Below, in pieces: positions 51,401 through 63,055 of a stretch of DNA of 64,000 bases. This stretch comes from Tubiluchus corallicola (taxonomy: Eukaryota; Animalia; Priapulida): the NCBI GenBank assembly GCA_030141605.1, contig JAQGDQ010000005.1, positions 1,612,180 through 1,676,179 on the forward strand, written 5' to 3'. Position numbers and translations under genes: made by a program. Below the pieces are notes generated by a model. The model saw only the letters and a program-made list of their open reading frames with translations. It had not been told where the DNA came from and did no database searches. Every line of letters starts with the position of its first letter. Position 1 is the stretch's first letter.

Positions 51401-54400
51401 GTTCCCCTGACAAAAATTGAGGACAATTTCTGAGAAAAAATGTTTGGCAAAATTAGAAAAAAATGAAAAACCTAACAGTTCTGAAACAGTTGCAATAATT
51501 GGAATGTTTTTTGAACATTAATCGCCTGCAATTATTTCTCTGAAAATTTGGAAGAACGAATTGCTTATAAAAATTTTAATTTGTTTCAAATCCAATTTGC
51601 AAAAAAAGGCATCCTGTTTCTATCGAAGAATTTAATTTGTGCTCCATCACCGACCAGCATTGGAATAGCTTTGGATATCTAAGCTTGCGTGAATCTGGCC
51701 ACTGTCTGCCACATGTCATGGTTTGCTAGTCGTATATAAGTGTAATTTTAATGGTGAGAGTACGGCTAGTAATTTTGTTTCTTTTTTGTTTTTAGAGAAA
51801 GATAACGAAATAAGTGCTTTAGATTTTAGCTTGGATGGATTCAACTTTGCTACTGCTGGTCGAGATCTTGAAATCAGGATATATGATTCAATAACGGGGC
51901 AGGTATAGAGTACAGTTCATAACTTAATGATACTTGTAATTCATAAACAATTTTATTATCAAGACAGAAGCATTACTATTTCTGCTAATCGACTTAATGT
52001 ACTAGTGCAATTATAATTATAATTAAGTCTGATTTTGAGTATTTACAATTCTGTGTACTAGGAGCAACCTGTAACATAAAAACCCTCATCTACCTACTGT
52101 TATAGATCAGCATCTCATACAAGTGTGCTAGAGCTGTGCACACAATACTAATCACTAAACTAAGATAAACTGGGGTTTGAACTTGCTGCATCTTTGTTAA
52201 TACACTAATATATTTGCTGTTGGTGCTACTGCTCTTAAAATGTATCTTAAATCACCAAGTCTTAATGATAAACAAACATATAATGTAATTTCTAGTATCT
52301 GCAATCTGTATATTACTTGTTTTTGTTTACTATAACTTGTATTGTGTTTAATAGATGGTGGCAAATTTGTGTAGCATTGTAATCAGCTGAATCAGTGAGT
52401 CAGTAGTGAATGTATGCAATTTTGAGATTTATTAGAAGTGATTTTTCTGTTATTTGCATATTAATTTATGTAACCCAATTGACACCAAAGGATCAAAACA
52501 GGACCTTCAGTAACCATAAAAGTTTACCAAACTAGCGTGACTGTCGTGCTTTGTTTTTGGATTGATAAGTTTGGACAGAAACAACAACCTATTGTCACTC
52601 ATCCAAGTACAACTCAGACCTTGTGATACCTAATTTTGAGAAATAGCATCTGACACAATACACATGCAAATCCAGTGAGGATTTCAAGTCAGTAAGCCAA
52701 AAGCTGCTTAAAAATGTGCTTTGGTTGATCATGCCATATAGTTATGTTAGTTTTGCTCCTGGTCGCTCAACCCAGACATAGAAGAACCTCTGCTGGGGTC
52801 TCAAATCCAAAGCTATATTTTTATAATGCAGCACCAAGGAGCTTGCTGAGCGGAATTTTAAGAGGTTTATTCAGTACTTCCTATTCAGTCCATTTTCAGA
52901 TAATCATAGGTAAGAATTACTACCTGGTATATCTTATGTTGCATCATTTGTGTAATGGATAACATGTGCTAAAGAACCTTTCCTGATGCTTTTAGTTGGA
53001 TCACTCTTATCATGGGTATCATCCTCTTACATACTCCAGTCTCGATTTCAAAGGACACAGCCAGCGTGTATTTGCATTGCGGTACCATCCACGGAATAAT
53101 TACATATTCCTTACTGGAGGTTGGGATAACTGTGTCAAGATATGGGACAGTAGAACTCGTGATGGTGTAGAGCGGACAATAGCAGGACCACATATTTGCG
53201 GAGACAGCCTGGACTTGAAGGTAAAAGTTTAGTGTAAGAATTTGAAAAACTGTAAAAGAAATTTCATTGCTTGGCTAAATGAATAAGCTTTGGAAATTCA
53301 TCACTTACTATTTAAAGGAGAAAAAAAAGGGATTTTAAAGTATGGCTCAAAAAAATTTCCAATACAAAGTTATATTATTTAGCATTACTCTGCTTGTAAT
53401 TGAAAAAGAAAATTCTTAATAATTTAAAACGTCACACCATTTGGTAAACTGTCACTGCCTCACTCACTATCCCATTGTGCAGCAAAAAATGTCACAGGCT
53501 CACCAAAAAATATAGTATTAATTTATTAACATGGTAAAGGTATGTATACTTTTGTTTGGTTAGTGAATTGCACACTGCGAATGATCTGATAATTTTTTTA
53601 AACTTCACACGGTGTTATCTAAACTCGTTTAAATGACTTGTCATTAAAATGGTTGTGCTTAGCAACAATTTGAGCCAGTATTGTTTTTAAATTTTCAATC
53701 TTTGTACAGCACTGCTGTTCATACAAATTCTGTGAGCAATAAGATAGCAAGTGATACAAAATTTCAAGACAAATTTTTCAAGCTTTATTTATGAACTCTG
53801 TTTTTTTGTCCTTTAATTATTTAATTCATTTGTAATAATATCATCTTCATTTCTGTTAAACATAGTAGGCTTATCATTTTGAAGTGCTTACATTGTTTTT
53901 GATATTTTTTATTCCAAAGTAAGTCAGTGGTCACCAAAGGTAAGGTAAGGTGTTACAGTTAGAACATATAAATATCAAGTAGTTAACTGAAAAATGTTCT
54001 GTTTAATTCCACAGATAATTAAGTGGCCTGAGGAAAAAATGGATTTATTGTATCAAGGAATAGCCATCATAAAACTGTGAGAAGCAGAAGCAAATTATGA
54101 AAGCAATTCCCTTAGAAATTAATGAAGCGAGATCCTGGCTGCACCTTCCATTTCAAAAAACAGTTTCTAGTTATATTGTGACACTTTGTATTGTATTATC
54201 ACGTTAAGGGTTTTGACATTTTGACTGGCTCATGGAAGTCACAGGATGCTCTGCAAATATGGGAGTACACCAGCAGTAATTTGGTGAAAAATGTTCCGTT
54301 TTCACGAGAAAATGCTGGAGAGTTTCTGTATTGTGCACAGTTTTGTGATAATGATGTTGTTATGGCTGGTGGTAGTGGCACAAACAGTGTAAAAGCAATA

Positions 54401-55004
54401 AATTTTAAAACAGAACAGGTGAGTTAAATATATGTGATATATATTTATATATAATATTGGTAATTATATGTAATAATTATATTTAATATTGACTGCAATA
54501 TTAATATTGTGAATAGCAATGCGATATTGATGAGGCATTGATGACATTGCAAAGGTAGATTAGGTATTCAGGGTATTACCGATATTACCATACCTTAAGA
54601 ATATCAGATATGGAGAAAGGGAGGTTGGAGGAAGGTGAAGAGATACCAAGTTCTGTCTTTTCAACTTTGGGATTCTATGAGAAGTTTCCAAAACACTTTG
54701 TCTGTCTGCCTGCATGTGTCTCAGATTCCTTGCAATAAAATATTGAGCTTGGAAACACCAAGCTTTATAGAATTTTTCAGCATGAATGTGCATTTGCTAC
54801 AGTATAATCTGAATTCAACACACCCAGTAATTTACACTGATGTGAATCTGAGTGTTAACTTGCTGTTGATTCCAATATTGGTTTCAGTGTTTAGGTGAGC
54901 TTCATTTTGAAAAGCCTGTCCAAGCCCTGGATACGGTGAATGGTGGAAGAATGTTTGCATGTGGAGGAATGAATAGTGTCATCAAAGTTGGTTCTCTACA
55001 ATAA
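39216..55004 (+). CDS. WD40-repeat beta-propeller protein (uncharacterised family), 358 aa, or 345 aa if started at ATG 40932
   Basis: Exons 39216-39219 (ATGG, tentative), 40897-41126, 42076-42259, 51796-51902, 52996-53220, 54209-54418 and 54888-55004 (1077 nt, in frame). WD motifs: VYCLQFSFDGKHLAVG, FATAGRDLEIRIYD, GHSQRVFALRYHP..FLTGGWDNCVKIWD, GPHICGD, ILTGSW..LQIWE. Confidence 0.88.
39427..39467. repeat. (TA)n microsatellite
   Basis: About 20 perfect TA units; it produces the spurious YIYIYI ORFs in the track. Confidence 0.95.
42668..43845 (-). repeat. 3' LTR
   Basis: Direct repeat of 49625-50802; one mismatch seen by eye (43131 T vs 50088 C). A G6 purine tract (minus-strand GTGGGGGGATC, 43846-43856) abuts it. 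Confidence 0.97.
44258..49087 (-). CDS. Gag-Pol polyprotein (Gag/CCHC - protease - integrase - reverse transcriptase - RNase H), 1609 aa
   Basis: Zinc knuckle CYHCGKTGHVKLDC; protease LRDTGSD; integrase HHCC (HDSKAGAH...CPIC) and DDE (IDLIGP, SDQG, ERFN); then RT (CIDFRKIN, YIDD) and RNase H (TDAS, EKELLA, RTDA, ADALSR). Confidence 0.97.
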   Translation of the reverse strand: MASKLFTAEELRKMIKGELFDIAGDMGLVIDPKARKENIVQLILETQQISISDPLDFALSNMQSLLNSAKPANAATGVADQIEFDRADVASSTPKAAPNKEFKAFSSPTVSTAPPTLPGFDPFAVQEPVQMPMHAHAQPDIKLSEQELKIKHQQLILETQKIELEKLKLQMQTTSNVVNNLQTTVNATQDKSTIIKFRNFDEKTEDILSFLDQFEICMRVNKVPISQYVPNLARVLSGRAALALQDVNQSQIFNYDVVKVQILNAYKLSKDAYRTAFRNIFKLKKETHRSYFNRVRKAGMQWLKAANAESKEQIGDLFFLEQALSKLPEDMVSYLRRLPHMSYLQIAEQADNYWSSFNDAAVLQKNESSKRTRGNAKNNDSDHESQGNARPKCYHCGKTGHVKLDCPVKKQESTQAFQNDSNKKQKPRGDFKKQCYSENESEGTITPNFTLSNTQDGALQENHEFEVMINSRIAVGLRDTGSDDSLIRPEFVKNEQYLGETVGIRCCHGDLRRIPLARVPVCSHKLNGWLLVAVIKGLPCDFCLGNNYLTSIQPFDYVKSTSQPAQVAPEKHHMNVSSMDETSHVPSFVKFGKDVQKPSSNALTDYKSRALNNSFQRNQKEKSLVMTRAQTVELREQLNKETSSVKSETEFSSEIKQYASPEENYMFAIVSRHQLIEEQQNDVTIKNLFDHVVSEDTAVQDGKGYFLKQGILYRANKRKMGKTVDQLLVVPQCRKQQVLQLAHDSKAGAHLGVKKTRDRILFEYTWPGIHTAIKKYIQFCPICQKTARVMKGDRAKLKPLPVVEKAFQSLQIDLIGPLARTKSGNKWALVIVDQGTRYPDAFPIKNTESETIAKCLLQFISRHGCPESIQSDQGTQFCSNLIRQLEQAFHIKGITSTPYNPQSQGLCERFNGSLKRSIKKLTLSDKTMEWDDLIPFVLFAYREVPQESLRYSPFELVYGHQVTGPMALLRKRWGCDQPTSPQDIDDYVANIIDELETVTQEAHEALRKAKIGQKDWYNQKARYRNLEVGQKVLVLLPTSRKKMERTWKGPYEIADKISEHVYSVIIGGKSRQVKQFHINLLKAWIPREERKALYTQTIPTLDVFTGQDELELDPEHESVSPMQRSQMEDHCFAPTSITPAQTVEDVVIPDYLTDKQKNELRTTLEKFTPTFSDIPDRTNVVEHKIQLTTDNPVVQKPYRIPQAQKESVRQEIMDMERLGVIVKSDSPFLSPAVIVIKRDQSIRFCIDFRKINSITVFDPYPIPRMDETVDQLHGAMFITCLDMTKYYWQVNLEENSRPITAFVTEFGKHEFQVMPFGLCNSAATAQCLVNRVLEPVIGFASGYIDDVIIFSRSWQDHLYHIELVLTCLSNAGLTIKPLKCNFALQETHFLGYVVGRNLLKPQPEKILAIQNYKRPETKKQVRSFLGFVGFYRRFIPNFSAIATPLHALTEKDKPNIVLWNAECERSFTTLKDALNSNTVLHAPNFDKTFFLTTDASATGIGGQLTQMSDDRQEVPITYLSRKLTKYECNYSTVEKELLAIIFSIEKSSYYLVGRQFVIRTDAQSLAYLKQMKNANRRIARWNLLLQEYTFTVVHIKGKTNYCADALSRH
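49613..49622 (-). other. Primer binding site (TGGTGGCAGC, tRNA-Leu-like)
   Basis: Two nt inside the 5' LTR; complementary to a tRNA 3' end ...GCTGCCACCA. The Leu assignment is from recall, not from a search. Confidence 0.75.
49625..50802 (-). repeat. 5' LTR
   Basis: Near-identical to 42668-43845 and adjacent to the PBS. Confidence 0.97.
51149..51190. repeat. (AT)n followed by (ATTT)n microsatellite
   Basis: Directly visible compound repeat. Confidence 0.9.
52592..52642 (-). mobile_element. Second 5S rRNA-derived remnant
   Basis: gtcactcatccaagtacaactcagacc resembles the 5S reverse complement gtctcccatccaagtactaaccaggccc. Confidence 0.45.
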
Positions 55005-55231
55005 TCAAGGCACTGGCTTTTTTGTGTTTATGTAAAACAATGTATTAGCTTAAACTGCATTTTTTTAAATTATTTGGTTGGCTATTGTTGGCCAAAATGG
55101 CACTGATGAGACGAAGATGAATTTTACATTGTTTATGTGCATTGTTCATTAAGTTCATGATTATTTTTTGCTTCTAAAGCTTTCAACTATCCTGTAATTT
55201 AGCAAAGTAATATAAGTTAATGTGTAGTGCT

Positions 55232-55257
55232 GCAATAAATAAAGCTTTCTTTATTGC
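55232..55257. terminator. Palindromic bidirectional poly(A) signal between convergent WD40 and collagen IV genes
   Basis: GCAATAAATAAAG|CTTTCTTTATTGC: AATAAA on + (55234, 55238) and on - (55255-55250); 12 of 13 positions are self-complementary. Confidence 0.55.
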
Positions 55258-56611
55258 CTGTATGTGTTATTTCTGTTCCGTTTTGTTTTTCAGTCTTGTA
55301 TTCAAAGAACCAACAGTGAAACAGAAACTCGTGGTAAGTGTACGCACAATCATCACTTTATTAGCACCAGCTTGTAAAAGCAAAAAGTGATTTAAGTTAG
55401 AAACTGTACCACATGCGTTGGTATATTGTAAAAATGAAGACCTGACTTTCTTACACATTTTTAACAGGTAAGGTAGAGCCCAGACATGATCATTTTATAG
55501 TAAAAGTTTATAACACTGTTTAAAAATCACAAAAAATATTAACACCATAAATGCATATATGGCAGTGTACTGAAAGTGGCACCGAAATAGTAAATGATAA
55601 AGATAAAACAAGTTATGTAATAGTAGTACTGTTCCAAAATTGAAGTGTGAAGAATGAAAGCTATTACCACACTTTTAATCAAGACGTCTGTATAAAATAC
55701 TAATTACAGTGACTAGGTTTGTGCTATGGGTCTCACTGCAAAAATACTTTTCACGGGGACGAAGTGAAAAGAGCATGTTTGAAGAGACAAGAACACTACA
55801 CAGTGTTTAAATCTGTGGGTTGTGGATAAATGCAGTGAAGAATGTAAAAATAATATTAACAAGATAAAAACGGTTTTCCTACATGCTTATCACAACCACT
55901 TGTTTACAAAAAAGTAAATGTTATTAAATTTGATAAGGAGGTAAACTGACTATTTGACACAACTATAAAAAATTTTATTATTAACATAAAACTTTAAAAT
56001 CCCAATTCCAGTTTTAATTATTGACACAAATGAGATAATTTTTTCATTTTAATTCAAATGTTAACATCTAGATCTTTTTTTCTGAAAATTGCATACAGTA
56101 AAATTTGCTTCAAATATATAAGAACTGGGTAAGTTTTGTTACCTGTGAGATGCAGTAATAGAAAACTAATAGTTAAAAAGTTATATACCATTTACATTAT
56201 TCTTGGACATAATAAGTCTATACAGCAACAAATAGGCTAACTATAACGTATTATATAACATGATTAAAATGTATGTTTATCATTTCCTGTGGCACAATAA
56301 ATTGATGAAAATCAGAACAACGAAATATTCTTCAAGAACACCTAAACATTCATTCGTAACTATGTCTAAAATCTTTGGCCTCTATGCATTTACATATAAT
56401 TATAAGTTTATAAAATAATATAGCACCAAATTTTAATTTAAATGCATTAAATGACTGGAGCAAATTCCTGATAGTATCAAGTTCAACACGAGTTTATTAT
56501 GATTCAGTATAAATGTTATCAATTGACAGACAAGAATATGTTGTATTTTAATATTACAATTAAGACGACTGAGCTCGAGTGATTACTGTACAAATAGATG
56601 TGCATACCTGG

Positions 56612-59600
56612 TTATGATCGTTTTGTACAAACCGCACATCGACTGATTCTTTGCGTTAGTTGGCCTGCTTTGAGTGTAGCTGGCGTTGGTGATGTCCACT
56701 GACTGTCTCGATCTATCGTGGACATCCAAAAACTGTATGTGGTTGCGTAGTAATTGCAGGTTCCAATGCCATGACATTCGATAAATGGAGATGGCCGGAA
56801 ATCTTGCAAACAACTACCAGGAGATTGCAAACTCTGTCCGCCACCATCATCTCCCGCTGATGTGTGCTAAAATTATAAATACGTCAAAAGCTTGTGTCGA
56901 TATGCTTGAGCAAAAGTAAAAGTCTTGGTAATAAATAATTCATTAGTTTATGATTATTAAAATACACTATTCAACTAAAAAAGAACCGAGTTGCATTTAA
57001 CAAATTCATCTACGTACCATAACAAAACTATAACCTATCCATAAACTCTCCCACCCACTAGGACAATCAGGAATTGTCATTGTTTGGCTGTGTACAGCAA
57101 TAATACTTGATGGTGCTTCACATACGGAACAGCGACCAATATATGGTCTGACAGCTTCCCCGACAACTGGTGCCATCATCATAGTCATTGGTTCAAGAGT
57201 AGACAACCAGTAACTGTAGTCGTTCCTGTTTGCCACATTACACACATTGTTCAAGTTACAAAACATGAATGGCATAGTACTGAATCGTCGGATGCAGCTT
57301 CCAGGAGCACCTGTAATATACAACAGTGCAGTAACATATGACATTCACTTACCATTTATTATATGATTTCAAAAGCAGCTACTGTATACTACAACAATTT
57401 CTTGTACATTTATATTTTATTCCATATGATGCAAGAAGAAAACGACAAAAAAAATAATAATTACCCAAATCTTGTCCGTGTGTCTTTTCGTTGCCTTGTA
57501 CATACAGCAGAGAGTAACCATCCCATAATTTTGCCAAGCCATTTGGACAATCCGGAATTCTTGTGGATTGGCTATGAGTTGCAAATATGAATCCAAGAGC
57601 AGAGCTAGGAGCTCCTGGTGGACCAACTCCACCAGGGTAACCTTTTGGCCCTGGCCCACCTATTCTTCCATCAAGACCTAGAAAGGTGTTTATTGATTTT
57701 AATAGTGACAGGTTGATAGCAGCAGTAATGGCTATCACATGCTCAGACATTTGGAATTGCGCAATGAATACATACCATTAAATCCGGGAAGCCCTGGAAG
57801 TCCCTTACGGCCAGGGTACCCAGGCAAACCTGGACCACCTGGTCGCCCTTTCAACCCCTCTAAGCCTGGTAAACCTGGAAGCCCATCATCACCACGCAAT
57901 CCGGGTAGCCCGGGATAACCAGAATCACCTGGTTCCCCTGGTTCTCCTGTAATATTAGCTGGGGGTGGCAGTCCTGGCTCACCTGCCACACCTATAGTAC
58001 AGTACAAAAATTAAAAAGAGAAATAAGTTTGCTAAAAATAAATAAATGTTATTCATTTATAAACTGAAATGGATAATATTTTAATAAACATTATATAAGT
58101 CTAATATAGACAAGAATCCAATTCCGATTAGACAAGCCTTAGTCAGACCAGATTAAGTTTCCAATCAGTGCAGGATAGGATAGTGGATGGTAATTCACTT
58201 TAAAAAAGATTTTGTCTCAGGTCGAGTAAGTGAGTAAGAATTTTCTTAGGGATTATTTAACAATTTACCAAATTATTCAAATATTCAAATATTCAATATT
58301 CAAATACTGTTAAATGAACTTAATAGTTCGAACGTTTATCAAGTGACCTCACTGACAGTACGTGTCACAAGATGGACTATTTAAAACAAGGATGTGTAGC
58401 CACCTTCTGGTCCTATACGACCAGGAAGTCCTGGGAGACCATCCAACCCGACATCACCCGACATTCCCTTTAATCCATCTCGACCTGGTAAACCTGGCAG
58501 TCCCGGTCGACCTTTCAGTCCTTGCAAGCCTTCAAAACCTGGTGGACCCTAAACAAAATTATAACAGCAACACTAAAGTTATGTATAAATAAATATAATG
58601 CCATGATGCGTGTTTTATGGTTTCTATACGAACTTTTCATTGTGTACTGTGTGAGGACCATGATTACGCAATCACTGTACCGTTTTCTTAGTATCACCAA
58701 ATGTATCTGCTTGCAGCAATTACTCTGAACCAAATAGCAGATAGATTATGTGAATTGAGAAAATTTTTTTAATCTGCAATTTTCTTTACTGTTTTTCAAC
58801 TTGGATTTTTTAGCTTTTGTCCAACCGTTAAGAAAACCATTTTATCTGGAAACTGATTGTCAGAGTTAAGAATACCAGATTTTATTTTCTACCTTCATAT
58901 TTCTTAATAAAAATATTTCTAAGTACTTCATATTTCTAAGTAAAAATATAAATAGTTCTGTTTGGTGCTGTGCATTTCAAATGTAATATATACGCAGTGC
59001 TCAATATAAGTGAAGTGCTGGTTTCTTGAAATTTTCTGTGACACAGTTACACACAGTTAGAAAAGCTTAGAGAACTTTGAAGAAAAAAATTTTGCACTCA
59101 TTTATGAGAGGAAATAATATTATTCCGTTCTTTTCATTTCAGAATGAAACTTCTCTCTCTGTACATTATCTTTAATTTATACAATTTTAACAATTATAAT
59201 AACAATACAGTACAGGTTACATTATGTTATTGCAAATGATACATGGTCCTTGGCACATTTTATGGCATCACATGGTACTTGGGGTGGATGTTGGCGTGTA
59301 TGCTACATAACAGCATATTTGACTTACTGTCCAGCATTTTTGGGCTGCATATTGTCACTTACTGCTGCAATGTCTTCATTTCCTCATTCCATCTGACGTT
59401 TACCTGATCAATGACTTTGTTTTTGATACGTGTTGATTACCAGAATTTATGCAAATGTTGGTTCTAGATTTACTGTAACAATCGATTACACTGGTGCAGT
59501 CACAGTCTCTATTTCGATAATGGTATAGTTACTATAGGGCGTCTCTTGTGGATTGCGTATTAAATGGTCCAAGTTAACATCCATACCTGACTTATAGTTG

Positions 59601-62600
59601 TTTAGACCTTTCTCACTTGTTACTGATCAAAAATGGTTTATGCGGGCAAGATATTCGATCATTTATTTTATTGATTATAATTTTACATTTCATCATGACT
59701 GAAATTCTTGAATGATTGGATATCATGTCAACATTATGATTCACACCGATTATAATACCCGAAACTACAAATAATCAATTCCAGAGTGTATCTTTTATTA
59801 AAATCAATGTAATCAATATCAGTACCACTGATGATGTCTAGAGTGAATATCAGATTATCTTATGACATTGCAGCAGGCACTTATTTTAGCACAAGTGACA
59901 ATGTATAATGAAAAAAAGTAGGCCAGGAAGTAAGTGTTGTGTAACATCTATGAACACTTGTGTTAAGTACTATCAGAAAATCAAAGATATTCTACATAAT
60001 TATGATGCAACAAGCTAACATGTATCTAAATCTCTCTTGTACTGCCACATTTTATTTAAGTTTATTTTTGCAAATTACAATTTTTATTGCTCAGTTTAAA
60101 ATTTGTATTCCAATTTCCTGTAAATTTTAATAATACAATGCAGTGTTTTTTAAATTTTAAATTTCATCTATTAATTTGAATCATCGTTTTCATCTTTTTT
60201 GATATTAATTGTCTTACATTTGTAACATCTGAGGAAGAGATTAGAAAATCTCGAAACGTCATAGTCAATAAAATATAAATCACTAACGTTCTAGAAAATG
60301 ATTAATTAACAATACTCGAATTGCGCTATTGCATTTAATATATGCAAATAAAATCATCCCTCTATATTAAATGTATGAATTTTGTACTCACTGGTAAACC
60401 TGGATAGCCTGGTACCGACGATCCAGGTCGTCCTTGAAGGCCATCCCTTCCGCGTTGTCCTTTTGCTCCAGGATATCCAGGTGATCCATCCAGTCCTCTT
60501 TCTCCCTTTGGTCCAGGAAATCCAGGAAGGCCATCTGAACCAGGCAGGCCTCGTTCTCCTTTGAAGCCATCACGGCCTGGTGCCCCAGGTCGGCCATCTA
60601 ACCCACGAAGTCCATCTCGACCACGATTACCCTTTTCTCCAGGCAGCCCATCTAGGCCTGGCAAACCCCATCGACCTTCCTCACCGGGAGGTCCTTGAAT
60701 ATCTCCATCAATCATGCCACCTGGCTCACCACGTTCTCCTGGCAATCCAGGGAGTCCGGCATAACCTGAAAAATGGTCATCCCAATGTTTTTATAATCAA
60801 CACTAAAGCCTTTAGAGTAATTTTTGTTATCCACGTATCTGCAATATTTTAAACCATTCTGAGGCGTGCAGGAATTTTTATGTAATGCTGTTCGTTTGCT
60901 CCATTTTCACCAGCGTAATCATCCACAAACATGCAACTTATTGTATGAAATAGGGTGCTTACCCTTGGAACCCGGTGAACCAGGAAGTCCTTCAAGACCA
61001 TCATACCCGTCTGGCCCAATTTCACCTTTCAAGCCAGGTAATCCCGGCAAACCAGCATCACCTTCTTGACCTGGATATCCGTCCCTTCCAGATAAACCTC
61101 GGTCACCTTGTGCGCCCTTCCTACCTGGTAACCCTGGTAATCCTTTAAAAAATACATTCACAGCATTGTATAATTGGCGCAAAAACAGTGTATTAAAGAG
61201 TGAAATGTTGAACAAGCGACTGAAGTAACTAAACTAGAGACAATTTACCTGGTCGACCATCTTCTCCTTTTTCACCAGGAAGACCATCTTGGCCAGGACG
61301 ACCTTCTGTAGCATCATCACCTCGTTCTCCTTTTACTCCAGGTAAGCCACTTAAACCAGGGTAACCATCAGTACCCTAAAAAGTTTACAAACGAAACAAG
61401 TGCTTAATAGTGTGTTTTTCTTGATATGATAGTGACAGCACAATAGTACTGGAGACTAAATTAAGTTTTCTACCTTTGGTCCTCTCAAGCCTGGCAAACC
61501 TGGTCTACCTGCACCTCCTCGGTCTCCTTTTGCACCAGGTAATCCATCTAAACCTGGAAGACCGGGTCTTCCTGGAAGTCCAGGTTCTCCTTTTGCAGTT
61601 TCATATCCTGAAGTAGGTATATTTATTAATGGCCTCTTATTAATTATATTTACTATAATCCATTGTGTTAAGTGAAACATATTAAGTATCAGTAAATGTT
61701 ATTTTAACATGGGTCATGTTTAGATGTAAGAAGAGACAATACGGATTTTAATATCTAAAAAATCAGTGAAAACAAGTCAAATTAAATTACTATTTTTAGA
61801 TAAGTAAAACTGATGTTTTCTAGGTAGTAGTCATGCTACATGTTGTGATTATCAGAATTCATGAACTGATAGAACAATTGATGTATTCATCAAGTGCCAG
61901 TAATACATGTAATTATTATAGGCTTAACATATGGAGCAGTTCTAGTAGATCAAATCTTTATTTTACGCATAGAAGCATAGGGTGGAATATTAAAAAAGGT
62001 CTACCAATTCAGATTTTTAATCTTGGCAGCAAAAAGAAAAACAGATCTGCAGCTCAACAACCCGATCTCATGAAATTCTGAACCACTTATGAGTCACTAA
62101 TATTTAATGAAAAATAATATGTAATCAATTGAAATTTACATACTGTAGGAATGTACAGTTACGATAATAAGCAGTAAGTGTACAACTTCCAGCTAGAGTA
62201 TCAAATAACAACTACTTTATTGGACAAAACTAAGCATTCTGGATATCTCTATTTTTAATACAGTAGATGTTATCAAACTGACTTTTGTTAAATAAGTCTG
62301 AAACTCCTTATTTTGTTATTGTTGGTAATCAAGTGCAATCTAAGAAAAGTTGGTTTGCAGCTCAATGATGTTTACCCAAATCTCTCCTTGCGGTAAAAGT
62401 GTTAGTGCATTGTCTTAGTAAGTTATGAAGTATCTATTCAGATTTTTTTGTTTATATGGCACATATTTGGCTATATATGTTTTATTGGTTTAGGTATAGC
62501 TTAAGGTCATCAGGATCCATATTCTCAAAGCTTTGTATGGTATGATTTTGTAGTCACCTAAAATGAAAAGCCTCAATATGTCTCAAATTGGTATTTTAGA

Positions 62601-63055
62601 CAAGTGTTCTCAAAACAAACACCAAAGAAGTACACTGTGAGTGTCCTAAATAATATGATTGGGGACTTTTGAGCAAATAATCAACACAAAAGACCTTAGT
62701 TGTGCAAGTGCTGATAATGATTTGCAATATGCTATAATGCTATATTTGCTAATATGATGTGCGAGACTGAGAAAAATCACATACATAAAAAGTAAATTTC
62801 ATTATCTCTGTCTTTTATTAGCTTATCATCTTCTCACCTGAATCAGTATATGATTGGGTACAAGCTTACCTGGACTACCCATGTCTCCCATTTCACCCTT
62901 TTCTCCGGGAACACCTGGCAAACCAGGAAAGCCATCTCTGCCTTTTAATCCAGGAAGTCCGGCAAGTCCTGGAAATCCGGGTCCAACATCTCCTTTGTGA
63001 CCAGGCTGTCCAGGAAGACCTGGTAAGCCTGCTGATCCGTCTCGGCCTGCTGGAC
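56612..63055 (-). CDS. COL4A1: Collagen type IV alpha1-like chain, last 10 exons (Gly-X-Y plus NC1); gene starts right of window
   Basis: Exons 63055-62870, 61607-61474, 61375-61249, 61142-60963, 60765-60392, 58548-58404, 57991-57776, 57677-57465, 57310-57018 and 56866-56612. Interrupted Gly-X-Y repeats. NC1 motifs HSQ...[29 protein letters not shown] and [13 protein letters not shown] (alpha1-type spacing). Confidence 0.93.
58273..58306. repeat. Short (ATATTCAA)n tandem repeat
   Basis: About 4 imperfect 7-8 bp units in a collagen intron. Confidence 0.75.

Noticed and set aside
55098-55145. CTGATGAG...GAAA hammerhead-like core in the WD40 3' UTR
   Set aside because: Stems I, II and III cannot be formed convincingly.
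59200-59910. GC-richer block with a weak inverted repeat in a collagen intron
   Set aside because: No recognisable translation and no clear termini.
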